DNA of 64,000 bases from Lama guanicoe. Lineage: Eukaryota. Below the pieces are notes generated by a model. It did no database searches and was not told where the DNA came from. It saw nothing but the letters and a program-made list of their open reading frames with translations. Where the stretch lies: NCBI GenBank assembly GCA_013239625.1, contig MU054323.1, positions 18,556,819 through 18,620,818 of the forward strand. Reading direction: 5' to 3'. This document shows, in pieces, positions 10,930 through 24,241 of the stretch. The stretch's first letter is position 1, and the number at the start of each line of letters is the position of its first letter. A program made the translations under genes and the position numbers.

Positions 10930-11139
10930 TCAGGGGCTCAAGCCCTCCTGCCTAAACTCACAAGATTAGAGTCGGGATCCTGTCCCATGTTAGAAAACAC
11001 CCATCTCATTCACCAAAGGGAGCAACTGGGGTAATGTTCAGGCAACGAGGCCAAAAAAAGAAGGATGGATTTGGGATTTAGGATAATGAGGACGTTATTG
11101 AAAAGTTAAGTGACCATTTCCCCTATTTTGTTTTTCTAT

Positions 11140-11322
11140 ATAAAACTTATTACTCTGTATACACTATATAATTTATTTAATGGTTCTGCTTATTGTCTCT
11201 GTAATAGAGGTATGCTCTGTAAGGGTAGGGACTTCTGTCTCTTTTGTTCACTGATCCCCAGTTCCTAGAGCAGAGCCTGCTACACGGAAGGTGCACAGCA
11301 CCTGCTTTAATTAAATGAATGA
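11140..11322 (+). mobile_element. L2 3' end fragment
   Basis: agggtagggacttctgtctcttttgttcactgatccccagttcctagagcagagcctg...aaatgaatgaa matches the L2 terminus pattern. Confidence 0.7.
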
Positions 11323-13779
11323 AACATTTCTCATCAGGTCATGTGCTGGTTCACCAGATCTCTGATGATGAATCAGAATCTGGGAGCTGGAGCCAGGCAC
11401 ATGCCTTTAGAAATGTTCCCTATGTAAGATGGGTGTCCCTAAAATTAGCAGGGGCCAGTATCACACTGAAAAGCCAACGTCAGTGCTGGGTGGAAGAGAA
11501 GAATTGTGATTCAGGCTCCCGAGCAGAGGACCTCAGGCTGGAAACCTTGATCTCCAGTATCAAGAGAGGGGCTGGGACCCTGACATTTTCCCCAGGCCAT
11601 GGGTGTGGGTCCTTCTGTACAAGCCATGGCTTGTTGAGTTCTTCTAGAATGCCAAGATCATCTGCTCTGTTGAGAAGGTCCTAATATTTGGGGCATCCTC
11701 AAGGGAGCATATCTGCTTCTTTCAGGGCAATAAAAAGACACCCAGTCAAACACCAACCAAAAACCACCTCTGTTATGGAGGTCCCATGAAAGGGAAAGAG
11801 CATTAAGAATTTAAATATATTAACTCTGCATAATGACATGGAAATATGGATAGAAGGAAGAAAGCTAGAGAATTAAGACAGTCTTCCTAGAGTAAATCAA
11901 GAAGAACTGGAAGGGAAACTGGTTCTGCTAATCTTGGGCTCCATGTAAAGCCATCCAGGACTGTCCCTAGATTAGTCCTGCCAGGACCTGGGGCAGCAGA
12001 AGGGCCCCACTCAGGAGCCTTTATGACAATGACAACAGCCACCATGACTGAGCACTTGCTGTGTCCCCAGTGCTATACCGATTCACTACCCCTGACCTTT
12101 CTGACAGTCTTGCAAAGAGGTATTATCACTCTCATTTTAAAAAAGAGAAAAAAAAAATGGTTCATAAAAGTAAACTGGCTGAAATCACACAGACATAAGT
12201 GACTGACAGGCTTTTACTCCAGGCACTTTGCATGAGAACCGTAACACTTTCCAAAATGGCAGCACCTTTCTGTTGGTTGTTTTTACTGCATAGGTCAACA
12301 ATACTGCTCTGTCATAGCAAAGAGCTCCTAACTTAAACAGTCAGTGCAGAATAACCTTCCCACTCTGCCCCTCCTTCCCACGTGAATAGATGTGTGTAGT
12401 TTGCATCCTCTCATCAGCAGCCTTTTGTGTTTTCCTCCCCATCCACCAAGGAAGGATTTTGCAAGCACACCTAGTCATCACGTAGCAGGGAAAGAGGATC
12501 CACTGAGGGGATCATCAGCTAAAATCTGAGATCTGAAATCCCTCCACAGTCATATAATCACAAGGTTTTTCCATTCAGTCAGGAGAAAAGAAAAGAGAGG
12601 ATGAAATCCTAGCAATGAGCAAGCAAAACTAAAATAAAAGAGGTCAATGCATAAAGCTGGGGGGAATGATACTGAATTTTAGCAAAACAAAGAAGTGAAA
12701 ACTTGGCTCTAAGAACCATAAATCAATACTTTTTTCAAGAATCTCAACACAGCCCACACAATTACTGTCTGGAGATCAAGACTTTATTTAATTTTTAAAC
12801 TGGTAAGTAACTCAAAGAAATGGGAAAACAACACATTCATTCATGGATTTGCCCATCAGGCTTTTCTTAGGCACTCATTCAAGCTAGAAATTGTGCCACA
12901 AAGATGAATAAGATAATATCCCTAAAGAAGCTCCCATTCTAGTGGGGCATTACAAGAGTCAAGGAGTGAGTCCCCTTTCTGGAAGAGAGAACTTAGCCCC
13001 TACTAGGGAATCACAGAAGAAGAGAGACTTCCCAGTGTATTCAGACAGTGGGACCATGAGTTCACTTGGATGCACTCAAAGTGGACTACCTAGTTCCCAG
13101 GTTCACACACCTGGGGTCTCAGAGTCATACAATCTGGTTCCTAGAAATGTCAAACAGCTCAGCCTATAGTCCTGCAACTAAAAGAGTTCAAGTGTAGTGA
13201 GCTCCCAGAGGAGAGCCTTAGGTCATCTCTTCTGAACTCCAGATCTTTCAGCGGTTTTGTGATGGACAATAACAACTATTTCAGGTAATAATTTGTTCAG
13301 CATCCACCTTGAAGAGAAAGAATAGTTCTTCTTTGATATTTGACCTTATATACTGGAAAAAAAAATGAGGTCATATGAATGCATGTATATCTGGGTCACC
13401 AAACAAGATTTCCTACCTAAAAATATGTTCCACACTAGGTTGTTGACACTTCACCTTCAGAGATTTGTTCGAGTGAAGTATAGCCCTCCCTATATTTCTA
13501 GTTCTAGAGAGTGGACCATTTATTTACTCACCAAGCATTTATTGAGTGGCTTCTATGCACAAAGCACCAGATCAAACACCCTGGGGGGTCACAGCACAGC
13601 CCCTGTACTGATATGTTTACAGTCATCAAGTGATAGTTACTCAGAAGACCATGATTAGTAGAAAGAATCTGGAAAGTTCCATAAAAGGAGGGGACTGGAA
13701 GAATGACAGAAGCTGCAGAGAGAGAGAGGGCATTCCAGAAGGAAGAAATGATGTGACTAAAGGCAGAGAACAATGCTTC

Positions 13780-13917
13780 TTCAACTTCAGTCCCTTAAGG
13801 ATCATCTGAAAAATCCGCTGAAGTGCAGATAACTGGGCCCTATCATCAGATATGCAGTAGCTCTAAAGAGAAGCCCCCAAATTTGAAGTTTAACAAGCAC
13901 CTTAGGTGACTCTGATG
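13780..13917. mobile_element. MER5-like hAT-Charlie MITE relic
   Basis: gcagataactgggccc...tttaacaagcaccttaggtgactctgatg resembles the MER5 core. Confidence 0.55.
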
Positions 13918-15519
13918 GAGGTGGTCTTGGCATTGGCATGAAGGGGAGAAAGGCAGACAAGGTAGAAGTAGGTAGGAGGTTAGAACCAGCATAAAGCGCA
14001 TGCTTAGCAAACACAGACTAGAGAGCAGAGGACTTAAATAAGGTCTTTGATGGAAGGCACTGCCTAAAAATTAGATACATTTGTTGTAAAGTCAGTAAGC
14101 AGTTGACATGAAATCATTTATCAGGTGGGCTTTTGTTTTCACAGACTGGGACTCCGGATAGCATCAAAATATGAAGCCCATTGGTGAGTGTGTCTGTAGG
14201 AGGTAAAAGAGAAGAAGGTAGAGAAAAATAGACCCTAATAAGAGATCTCAATAGGAGATCTCCCCAAAGAGGAGATTAAATCATTGGGAGTAACTGATAC
14301 ATACTTCATAATTTTCGCCAAGGGTCTGGTCTGCTTTCCTTAAGTAGAAACAGCTAAGGATGCTAGGACTTTACACAGACAAATGACAACGAACCAGATA
14401 AATGGAAGTCTTCAGAGACCTTCTAACCAGGTTCCAGACACAAGCCCTGAAAATATGCAGAAACCTAAACCCCAAACCGGAAACCTTAGGTGATGAGGAA
14501 AGCTGTGCCCCTTCAATTACAGGCTTTTCTATTAAAATCCTCACCTACTTCCCCTGTTCCCATCAACTCAAGAGTAAATCTTTGCAGTCACTCTTTTTGC
14601 CTTCTCGTCTCCCTCCGTGGACTGGGGATGTTTAATACAAAATCCAATTTCAAGCTCTGTGATAGGAGCATGCAGAATGCCTTTTTTTTTTTTAAACCTT
14701 TTTTAACAAGGAAAACGCTGGTTATGTGCGCAGAGTCTGGTGAATTTCATCAGCTTTTTTCCTGAGTCATTAAGCTTCATCTGCAAGCAGACTGCTTTTC
14801 GGAGGATGGAACCCTGTTAACTTGAAAGTTTGTCAGCGTTTTAAATTCTCCTGCAGAGTCACAAAGCACAATCTTTTAGAGAAGAGGATACTCTTGAGAT
14901 GAACCAAGTAGGAAGTAAAACGAAATAGTTTGTAAAAATTCAAGTTGATAGATGCTCATGTAATGGTGACCCTTCATCAATATTCTGTGTTACAATTTCT
15001 TAAAATTCCTGACACTATACACAGTGATATGGCTCTAAAACTGAATGCATATGTATATAGAACAAATCTATTTTTAAAACAGAAGCAGCTTAGAAAGGAA
15101 CTAACCCAAAGTTGTTTAGAGAAAAAATAAATTGAGTAGCTTTCAGGGAGGGAAAAATGTAAAATTTTCATACAAATTCCAGAACACAGTTTACAAAACA
15201 TACAGTTTCTCTACTAAGTAAGGTATCTAGTGAATATGTCCTTTAAACCAACCCCATACACCTGCATTTGAAGAATTGTTTAAATATTGGCTTATGAGTT
15301 ACGGTTTTAATGTTAATAACTATGCCTTGACTATTATATTATTATCTTATTGTGATAAGTGAGATTAGATAGTAGCCTTTGAAAAAGGTAGAGAAAAAAA
15401 GTGGAGGAAGAAATACTAATTGCTTAATCATTTCTTTAACAAGTGAAGACAGTAACTTCTGCCTATCTTTGCTTAAGGAAGGGCTGTTTTCACCAATATC
15501 AGTGACTAGTGTGAGACCA

Positions 15520-15810
15520 GTCCTGCATTCATTCAACAAACACTGAATGCCTATTACATGGCTGGCGAAGTGCAAGATATTGGGGCTAGAACCGTGAACT
15601 AAACAAACATATCTCTCTCCTCCTGGAACTTAATACTTAATCATCTAGCTGGGAAGAGAGAAGACAGATGTTAATATAAATTAGCACCAAAAGAAACATT
15701 TGTTTAAATTGTTATAGAAAGAAGCATTTGTTAACTGATAAATAATGGAGGATCTGACCTGCCAGGGTGTTGGGAAAGGCTTGGCTGATGAATTAAGATC
15801 TGAGCCACAA
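15520..15810 (-). mobile_element. L2 fragment
   Basis: cattcattcaacaaacactgaatgcctattac...ctcctggaactt...ctagctgggaagag is an antisense L2 3' end. Confidence 0.6.
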
Positions 15811-15824
15811 TTTAAAAAATAAAT

Positions 15825-15827
<3 letters not shown>

Positions 15828-15855
<28 letters not shown>
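15828..15855 (+). repeat. (CA)n microsatellite
   Basis: Uninterrupted AC run. Confidence 0.95.
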
Positions 15856-15860
<5 letters not shown>

Positions 15861-16707
15861 CTCAGCAAGAAGCCAGGCTAAAGGTTGCCAGAGGGTAAGG
15901 CCTTGGGTTGACACTTCGGCAGTTTCCCTTCCCTATAATGGGATTACTCACAGACCTACCTTCTTAATATGCTAGGCTCTGAGATCACGTTTAGAAAATA
16001 CTAAATACAGCTTCCATAATTTATATGAGAATTTTCCCCTCTGGATCACAGTCATACAGTTGATGTTAATTACATTCACTCTACCATGCTGCTGGGGACA
16101 AGCTGGGAGACAGAAGCGTTTTTGGTCTGGGGGTCAAAAGAAATGAGTGTTGGGCTCACCTCTCCCTGGCCAGTCATGTGGCCTTGGACAAGTCACTTCC
16201 CCTGTCTCAGCCTGATCTGTACATGTGAGGAATTCTACTAACAATCCAAAGCTATAATATTCTAATCCCTCACTTTGGCATTCACGGTCACCACCCATGG
16301 GACATCACCTGTCTACCTTCCAGGGTTTACTATTCCTGGAGGTTAACTGAGCTACTGAATGAAAATTACCCAAATATGCACCATGTTTTCTTTTCTCGTA
16401 CTTTTCTGCCTGTCCTCCATGACCCCTCTTGAATGTCCAATTTCCCTTCAGAAAACTGCTTTTATGGCCAGGAAGTCCCCTAAGTCATCTAACCTTGACC
16501 CTTCCCCCCTTTCCCAATGTGAAAACTCAGGCCATGGTACCTTAAAAGACTTTTCAAAGCCATACATCTCAGAAGTGACAGAGCCAGGTTCTGAAGCAAA
16601 GGCTTAGTTTCTGGGCCAGCCCTCTTCTCACAACACCAACCCCAATGAATGGCTGGGATTCCTCCGGCCACTGAGATGGCCTTTGTATCTTTCACAATCT
16701 GTGTCTC

Positions 16708-17041
16708 AGGAATTGACAAACTATGGCCAACTGGTCAAATTTATCCTACCCACCTGTTTTTATAATGCCTATTTTTTTGTTGTTTACATTTTGAAAAGAT
16801 TGAAAAAGTTGAAACAATTTCAAAAAGCAGTATTTCATGATAATGAACTCTATATGATGTTCAAATTTCAGTGTCAGTAAATAACATCGTATTGAACCCA
16901 GCATGTTCACACAACATCAAGTATTGTCAACGGCTGCTGTCATGCTCCAATGACAGTGCTGAGTGGTTGGAACAGACCCTGTGGTCCACAAAGCCAAAAA
17001 TATTTACTGTGTGGCCCTTTAAAAAAGTTCTGTGACCTTTG
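16708..17041. mobile_element. MER58-like hAT-Charlie MITE
   Basis: Starts caggaattgacaaactatggcc and ends ...ccacaaagccaaaaatatttactgtgtggccctttaaaaaagttctgtgacctttg, the MER58 pattern. Confidence 0.7.
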
Positions 17042-20000
17042 GTATATGCCATTATGTGTGTCCTTATCTTCTGGCTCTCCATGACAACCTTCCTTGCACA
17101 ATGAGTATGTTACCGTAAAGGGGCACAGGCAGGGACAGTGCTCTCTTACAAGTCATCTCTCAAGTAGTAAGAACCCATCCTCATTGAGCACTGGTGCCAG
17201 AAGCTGTTTCAAATGTTCAAGTATTAAGGTATTATTCCTCACAAAAACCCCATAAGGTTCTCTAGTTTTATTACTATTATTACTACTACTACTCTACTAT
17301 TATTAGTCCCACTTATAGATGAACAAAATGAGGCACAGAGAAGTTATGGACCTTGCACGAGGTTAAATACACCATTTGTTGAATTCAAACAAATATTAAA
17401 ACTAACAATGATACATGCCTGCTGACCTCAGAGAGCTTTAGCCTAAGTACCATGTATTCATCAATATCCTCGATCTAGAATCAAAGTCATAGTTCTCTGC
17501 ACTCTAGGAAACCACTGCTAGACATTCAGGGACTGCTGAGGCCAGGAAACACAGGCATATATTTCTAGAGGCCTTCTATTTTATCAAAAAAAAAAAAGAC
17601 CCCAAAAAAACAGAGAGATGACTTTGGTGAAATGACTTCATAGTCAGATTAGGATTCAACTATGTTCCACTTCATACTTATAAAGTCATTTAATTTCATA
17701 TGGCTTCCATTTGCTTATTTATTAAAACAAACAAACAAACAAACAAAAAACTAGATGATTTCTACTGTGCCTTCCAGATCTAGCATGGCTCTACGCAGCA
17801 AGAGCACTGATAAGATGTTCTGAAAAAGGGCCAGGGACAGCTGCACGGCCATGAAGAGAAAGACAGTAAGGAATCAGGAGAAAAAGAGCCACCAACTTTA
17901 CCCAACCCCAACTCACAAATTTCAGCTTTAGGGGGCTCACATCCCCCAACATGTGAAAGGTAGATAATTTGGGAAGAGTGACCTGTAACCTCTGAGGGGC
18001 ATTTGATAAATGACTGAGCACTTTTGGAAGCTCTATCCTTTTGCCCCTGGCTGATGCCACTCACTCTGGGGACTCTACCATGGTACACGGAGGAAGCTGG
18101 GGTTGGTGTATAGAGTCCGATTCTCTAAACCTGCTGCTAGGACTGGGTGCTATGCATTAAGCAGAGCAGAGCCAAAGTGGGTCCTGGGTCCTGTGCTTTA
18201 AGGAGAAGAAAAGTGAGGAGCTGGAGATACTCAAGAGGGAAAGCACCAGAGCCACTTGGCGCAACATAAAGAAAGCCAAACCACCTCTGATGGCACAAAA
18301 ACACAATCATTAAATTTAAGGATGGAACAGGCAGGCATGTGGTCTGTTCCTTGCCTCACTTCTCAGACTGATACAGCTTCTCTCCTTCCAGACATGCTGG
18401 ACATTCATCCTCAATTTTGGTTGCCCATGTAAAATACATGTATACAATGGCTTGTACCATGGCTTACGTTGTCATTTGTTCCAGATCCACAGTTCCCATG
18501 CCACGGTCCTGAATGGGACACACAGATGGTTGGAAGTCTGGAAATGGCCCCAACCTTGCTCCAGGGTAGTCCTTATCATAAATTAGCTGGGGCTGGTTAC
18601 GTGTTTCAAAAACAGCTTGGCTCTATTTATTTTCAAAGGCCTTTTCACCCTTGGAAAATGAACTAAAATGCCTCCTCCTCCATGAAGCCTTTTCTAATGT
18701 CCTCCCCTTCCTTTCAATTCTACAGCTCTTGGCTCATTAGACTTGGCAACCATTGATCTCACTCGGCTCAGTACCTAGGTGTTCTAGAGCACGACACCCC
18801 CAAGAACAGAGAACATGGTGCAAAGAGCATGGCTTTGGAACCCCCTCAAAAACTGGTACCACCACCAAGTCACTTTTGGACAAGTTCTTTAACTGAGCCA
18901 CGGTCTTTATCTTTCAACTGGGACCAGGATGCTTCCATGCAAGGAAGAGAAAACATGTACAGTGTGCTTAGACTGATGTCTGGAACATAATGGGTGTTCA
19001 GCAAATGTCAAATAACTCCTCTTCATCATCTGCATTCTCTGAAACGCCCAGCACTGTGCCCTGCATACAGTGAGCACTCAATAAATATCATGGTTGTGTT
19101 GGACTAAATTGCTGAATCACCCATTTGTCTGTTTGACTTCATCTCACATTAGAGTCAACCAGGAAATTATAAATTATTCTGACTCCACATGCAATGACAT
19201 CTACAAAGTGATGACTTTTTCTGTCTTTTCTAAAAAATTAAGATGGACTCTAATATTTACAGTTATTTTTTCTAGGTCTATTACATATGCAAAAAAAAAC
19301 CATTTTGTCTGAATGAGTATCACACTAGCTTTCCAGGCTACTGGTATGAATATTTCAAAATGATACAGTAGAAGCCATTCAAGATTTCAAGGACATCCTT
19401 TCACACCAGGGGACATATTTTGCCCATTTCTCAGAAGGCTCAAATAGGCTAAATTTGCAAGAAAGAACAAAGTTTTGTCACATTTGCTGCCCCCAGAAGT
19501 AAAATTTCAGGGTGGCAGTCCATCTTTGCCTCTTCTGGCTCTGGCCGTTGGGTTCCCCGGGGCACCTCCGCCAAAGAAGGACCCTCTGGGGGCACTAACT
19601 GGGCAGCAACCCACTTTGAAACATCTCCCACTTCCTCTGTATCTTTCTGAGTCCCAGACTTTCAGGACTTTTCTGTCTGCCAGCTGATCTGATAAGCCAA
19701 TTCACATTAAGAAGTGAAGAAATGCTGATGGTTTGTGAGAATCAATGGTAGCTCTTTCCTGGGCAATTCCACTGCACTTTTTGGGGAACTACTTGATAGA
19801 ATTCCTTTATTCAAATAAATGTCTCTAATAGTGAGAATTTCTGATCCTATATATTGGCCGATGGATAAATGCTTTGAACGCAGGGATGTTCTGTGCTTCT
19901 CAAATCACTTTCTAGACAGCTGCCTATAATGTACTTGCCCTTGATCCACCAACCACATGTCCTTCACTTCAGATGCCAATCAGGACTTTTCTCCTCCTCC

Positions 20001-20437
20001 ATGTCTTCCTTCTAGAATTGGCTAGGAAGTTTTAGGTAAAGAGAGAATGGGATTCTCATGTACCTCTGTCTGCCCTGTTACTTACTATACTCTCTTGGCT
20101 GTGCAGATCAAAGATCAAAGGACAATCAAAAACACAGACATAAAACACTTGGGGTTTAATACAGAGTTGTCAGCAAAGAAAGTCTACAAAAAACACTTGA
20201 GGTAGCAAGGGCTATGCGCAACTGTCCTCCGAGTGGAGTGAATACACTAGAACAAGGTGCCCGATCTCCGATCTCCTCATCTGTACTCTCAGCTGCTGGT
20301 AATGAAAACGTACCAGTAAGAGGAGTTCAGGAGGCTCCGATTCAGAAAACGATTTGCTTGATTTACAAGCTCTGTTGAGAACCTAATCACTGATGAGTTT
20401 AAGTCTTCAAAATACGTGTTGTATGAAATATCTTTTG

Positions 20438-20441
<4 letters not shown>

Positions 20442-20468
<27 letters not shown>
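20442..20468 (+). repeat. (TG)n microsatellite
   Basis: Uninterrupted GT run. Confidence 0.95.
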
Positions 20469-20472
<4 letters not shown>

Positions 20473-22581
20473 TATGTGTGAGTGGCTGGGGGAGATGGGC
20501 ATGAAGAGAGAGATATGGAGAGACACAGACACAGAGAGCTATTTTTTGGAAGAGAAACAAAGAAAACTGAAAATAATCCCACTGCACTTAATGAAGCCCC
20601 ACTGGACTAGCCCTGAGTCCAAATCAAAATCTCAGAGGCAAGACTCACAAAGCTCACTTTCCCAGAACCTAGTCCATCTCAGTTAAGTCAGGGAACACCT
20701 GACGTTGACTTCTACTAAATTTCAGGTACGTCTCCAGGGAATAGGCATCCCTTTGTTCATGGCGAAAATTGGAAACAGCTAGTTCCACGACCTACTGGCT
20801 TCGCGAGCCCCAATTACCACTGACAATTAGAAGCGAAGTGACAGGAAGCTGAGGAAGCAGGCTCTGAAATCTAGGGAGAGTCGGGAAGAACATTTGCCAC
20901 AAGAGGGAGCAGGAGAATCTGATCAGTTGGGAGCCTATTTGGTAGAGGTTATGATGAGGGGTCTAATTATGAGATACGGACAATACTAGAAGGTGTTTTG
21001 ACAAGAGACATTTACCCCTTAGAGGGGAAAAAAAAAAGAGGATGAAAGCCTCTGAAAGACAAGAGATCTCAGCATAATCTATTCTTAAGTTCTTAGCAAA
21101 TGTAAATCACCAATTTAATTTTTAGTGAAAAGCAACATACATACACACTGCCAAATTATCAAACATGCGAGATACGGGCTCTACTAACCTCTTTTACTTG
21201 TGTATTTCTTTTTCCAGATTTAATTTCTGTTTCAGTTTGGATCTTGTTTCTTTCCATGCTGATGGGGCAGATGGCTTGGCTTGCTTCTCACCTACAGGCT
21301 TTTCTCCCTCTACCTGAAGCCATCATGGAGAAGGGGCTCCTGGTATTGGTCTGGAACATGAAGATCAGATGGTACAGTCCTAAAATGCACTTACTCTGGG
21401 AGAATCCCATCTATGAGCTCAATGAAAGCTTTAACTTGCTTTAAAGGGGAAATGCAACTAACTTCACTGGATCTCTAGGGCTCTTCTCATCATTTATTTT
21501 GTCAAAGAAACAGATTAAGTACTTAGAAGGAAGGAACCATGCATTTACTTTGCAAGACAAGTAAAAGTCTATTTTTGTCTGATAAAAAAAGGTGTTAAAT
21601 ATAGCTTGCTAACAAAATGCTGAAGCGCTCGAATATTGTTTTTTTCAAAACATAGTAAGTTGGGAAGAGCAATTAATGTAATTCCTGCAAACAGTCTCGT
21701 AGATATTACTGACAAAACTTCATCTTCCTCCTGTAATTTCACTTGGAGTTAAAACACTGCTAGGGTTATATATTTTTCTTCCCTTTCATGGTCAACAAAA
21801 GGGTTATCTAGTTTTTAAACCAAAATGATACAGTAGCAACCATTAAATAGTAAAGATAAATAGAAAGACAGACAGGAGGTAGACAGGTAGATAGATACAC
21901 AGAAAGACACAGATATAAAGCACAGCTTTCATATTCTTTTAATTCATCACACTCCTTTTCCAGCCCTGCTAGGCTTTCAAGACAGAGTAAACCAAGTCTG
22001 ATTGTCAGGGACACATACATTCTTTGCTGTCACTGCACAGCTCCATAGTCAACAATTGTTTACCTCTGTCCAGTTCTTTTCTTTTTCCCTAGGAATCAAT
22101 CATTCCATATTTAATAAAAGAGCCATTTTGGGAGGAAAAAATCAGGGTTCCTTTTTTAATAGATGGGAGAAATATCAGCTAAAGAGCCCTTAGATCCAAA
22201 TGGAATCCTTCAAGCAGGCAGAATCCGGAAAACGAAACCCACGTAAGAAAACACATCTTGCTTTTAATGAAGTAAGTGGGTCTTCCCTCACCTTCTCACT
22301 CACAAGGCCCCAAAGATGGAGTGACCTCTCCTTTCCTTCCTTCTTTTTTTTTCCCACACCGACCTAACCTCCCAATGAAGCAAGTTTAGCAAACCCATAG
22401 AGCTAAATCCAAGTAACACAGGATTTGAAAGAGGAACCTAAAAGCAACCATTCCCATTCCAGCTTTGTTTTCTTTTCTGAAATGAATGGAACATCTAGCT
22501 ATATTTTCCTCCTTCCTTTCCTGACTTGCTGCAGGAGTAGCTCTGAGAGACAGACAGAGAGAGAGAAAAAAGTGAGTGTGA

Positions 22582-22583
<2 letters not shown>

Positions 22584-22617
<34 letters not shown>
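22584..22617 (+). repeat. (TG)n microsatellite
   Basis: Uninterrupted TG run. Confidence 0.95.
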
Positions 22618-22619
<2 letters not shown>

Positions 22620-24035
22620 GAGGGGCGTGGGTGGGACGTATACTTTCAGAATCCCCTCCTGGTTGCTCCCCATTTCACTTAGGAGATCTGCACACAGATG
22701 CTGGATTGTGATGTTCAATTGCTCATATTGGGAGATACTCAAGCTACGCCTTTAACCAGATCTGATCAGAATCTCCACCTACTCCGCCAGCTCCTCCATG
22801 ACAGAGATGCCGCTACTGTCTTTACCACATCTGTCATTTTCAAAAAAGCTTCTTCCACTACACCTACTGATACCCTTTTTTCCCCCTTTCTTTTTAGTCT
22901 TTACACCTCCAGCAGGACAAAGTTTGTATTGTTATATTCACAACCACTAGTGGCTGACTAGCAGTAGAGAGATAGCGCCAGCAAGGGAGCCAGGCAAAGG
23001 GGGGGTTAAACAAATACCTAGTGCAAAGCCTGACTTTCTTTCCAATGACTGCGGACACCATGCACACTGCTTTCTTCAAAAAATTCTTGGTTAAATTTGA
23101 TGACTCTGCTCTCAATCCAACCGTTGCCACTTTGTCTGGAGAGGGAAATACGAATTGCCAGCCCAAGCCATTCATCAGTCAACAGACTCCATGAGGGAAG
23201 GGGGATTTTAAAAAAAAATCAAGGATGCACACATACTGTATTTTTAAAAGCATTGCCTGGGCAGATTTGGCTTCTCTAGCCGATTGTCCACCCGTAAGAC
23301 CTCCCTCTTCTTCATTAAGGAGGAGCCAAGGATATCCTCACATCTCAGAACACAGACCATTTCCCCAAGAGCCAGCAAAGCTCCAGAGGCGGATAATGCA
23401 TCGGTAAAGTTGCCTTCGAATCTCTTAGGGAAAGATGCCTGTGCGTGCAGAATCCCCAACGCACACGCGGGCGGAGTGCCCAGAGACTCGGACCCTTCAG
23501 CCCACTCCCCCACTGCATCTCTCCCTTGCCTGTCCCCCCGCCCCGGCCACACCTCCCTCCTCTCCGCAGTCAGTGCCGAAGAAGCACCCAAGGCTGGCTA
23601 GAAAAACGGAGATTCGCGAGTGTGGCCTTGGGGAAGACCCCAGGGATCTGACCGCGGAGCAAGCCCAGTGGGTGGGGACGCCTGGATCCCCAGCAGCGCT
23701 GCATTCCGGGTGGACTTAGCTCTTCGCGCCCTGGATCCTCAAGCCCAGCGCGGTGCAGGGTGCAGCATCTCTCCTTAGCAGCCCTTTCTTCCTCCAGCAG
23801 CCGGCACTGGCAGGCGGGCACACTCAACGCCCAGACGCACCAGCCCGAGCAATTTCACTCCCCGAGAAGCACGGACACCCCAGAAAATGGGTAGGGAGAC
23901 ACACACCTACACACACACAATTTAGGAGCCAGTCCCTTGCCAAAGCGGAGGGAAGTGCAGCCTTCTGAACCACAAACGGAAAATAGTTGGCGGTATCTGA
24001 CCAAATCCCTCCTGCTGTCCATCAGAAGATCCTAC

Positions 24036-24220
24036 CTGGTCTGGGGGCAGTGTGGCTGGATCCTTTCCCCTGTTCCTCCACGCTAGGAGGAAATACAGCG
24101 CACTCCCTCCTTTTAAATAGCTCCCGAGCAGGGAGAGGTCGCTCCCATCTTCGGGAGGAAGCACAAAGCAGGCGGTGGCGGGCAGGCTCCCGTGCAGCGC
24201 CGGCGCGAGCAGGAGCGGCG
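24036..24220 (-). other. SLC8A1: Probable non-coding first exon of SLC8A1 (5' boundary approximate)
   Basis: A minus-strand donor CAG|GTAGGA lies at 24036/24035 inside the CpG island. The TSS is inferred near the GC-rich core and is not directly visible. Confidence 0.65.
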
Positions 24221-24241
24221 GCAGCGGCGGCGGCGGCGGCG
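24215..24241 (+). repeat. (GCG)9 trinucleotide repeat with one GCA interruption
   Basis: gcg gcg gca gcg gcg gcg gcg gcg gcg. Confidence 0.95.

Noticed and set aside
5476..10955. Pairs of identical short ORFs suggesting a duplicated gene cluster
   Set aside because: They repeat only because the intronic DNA is duplicated; none resembles a protein.
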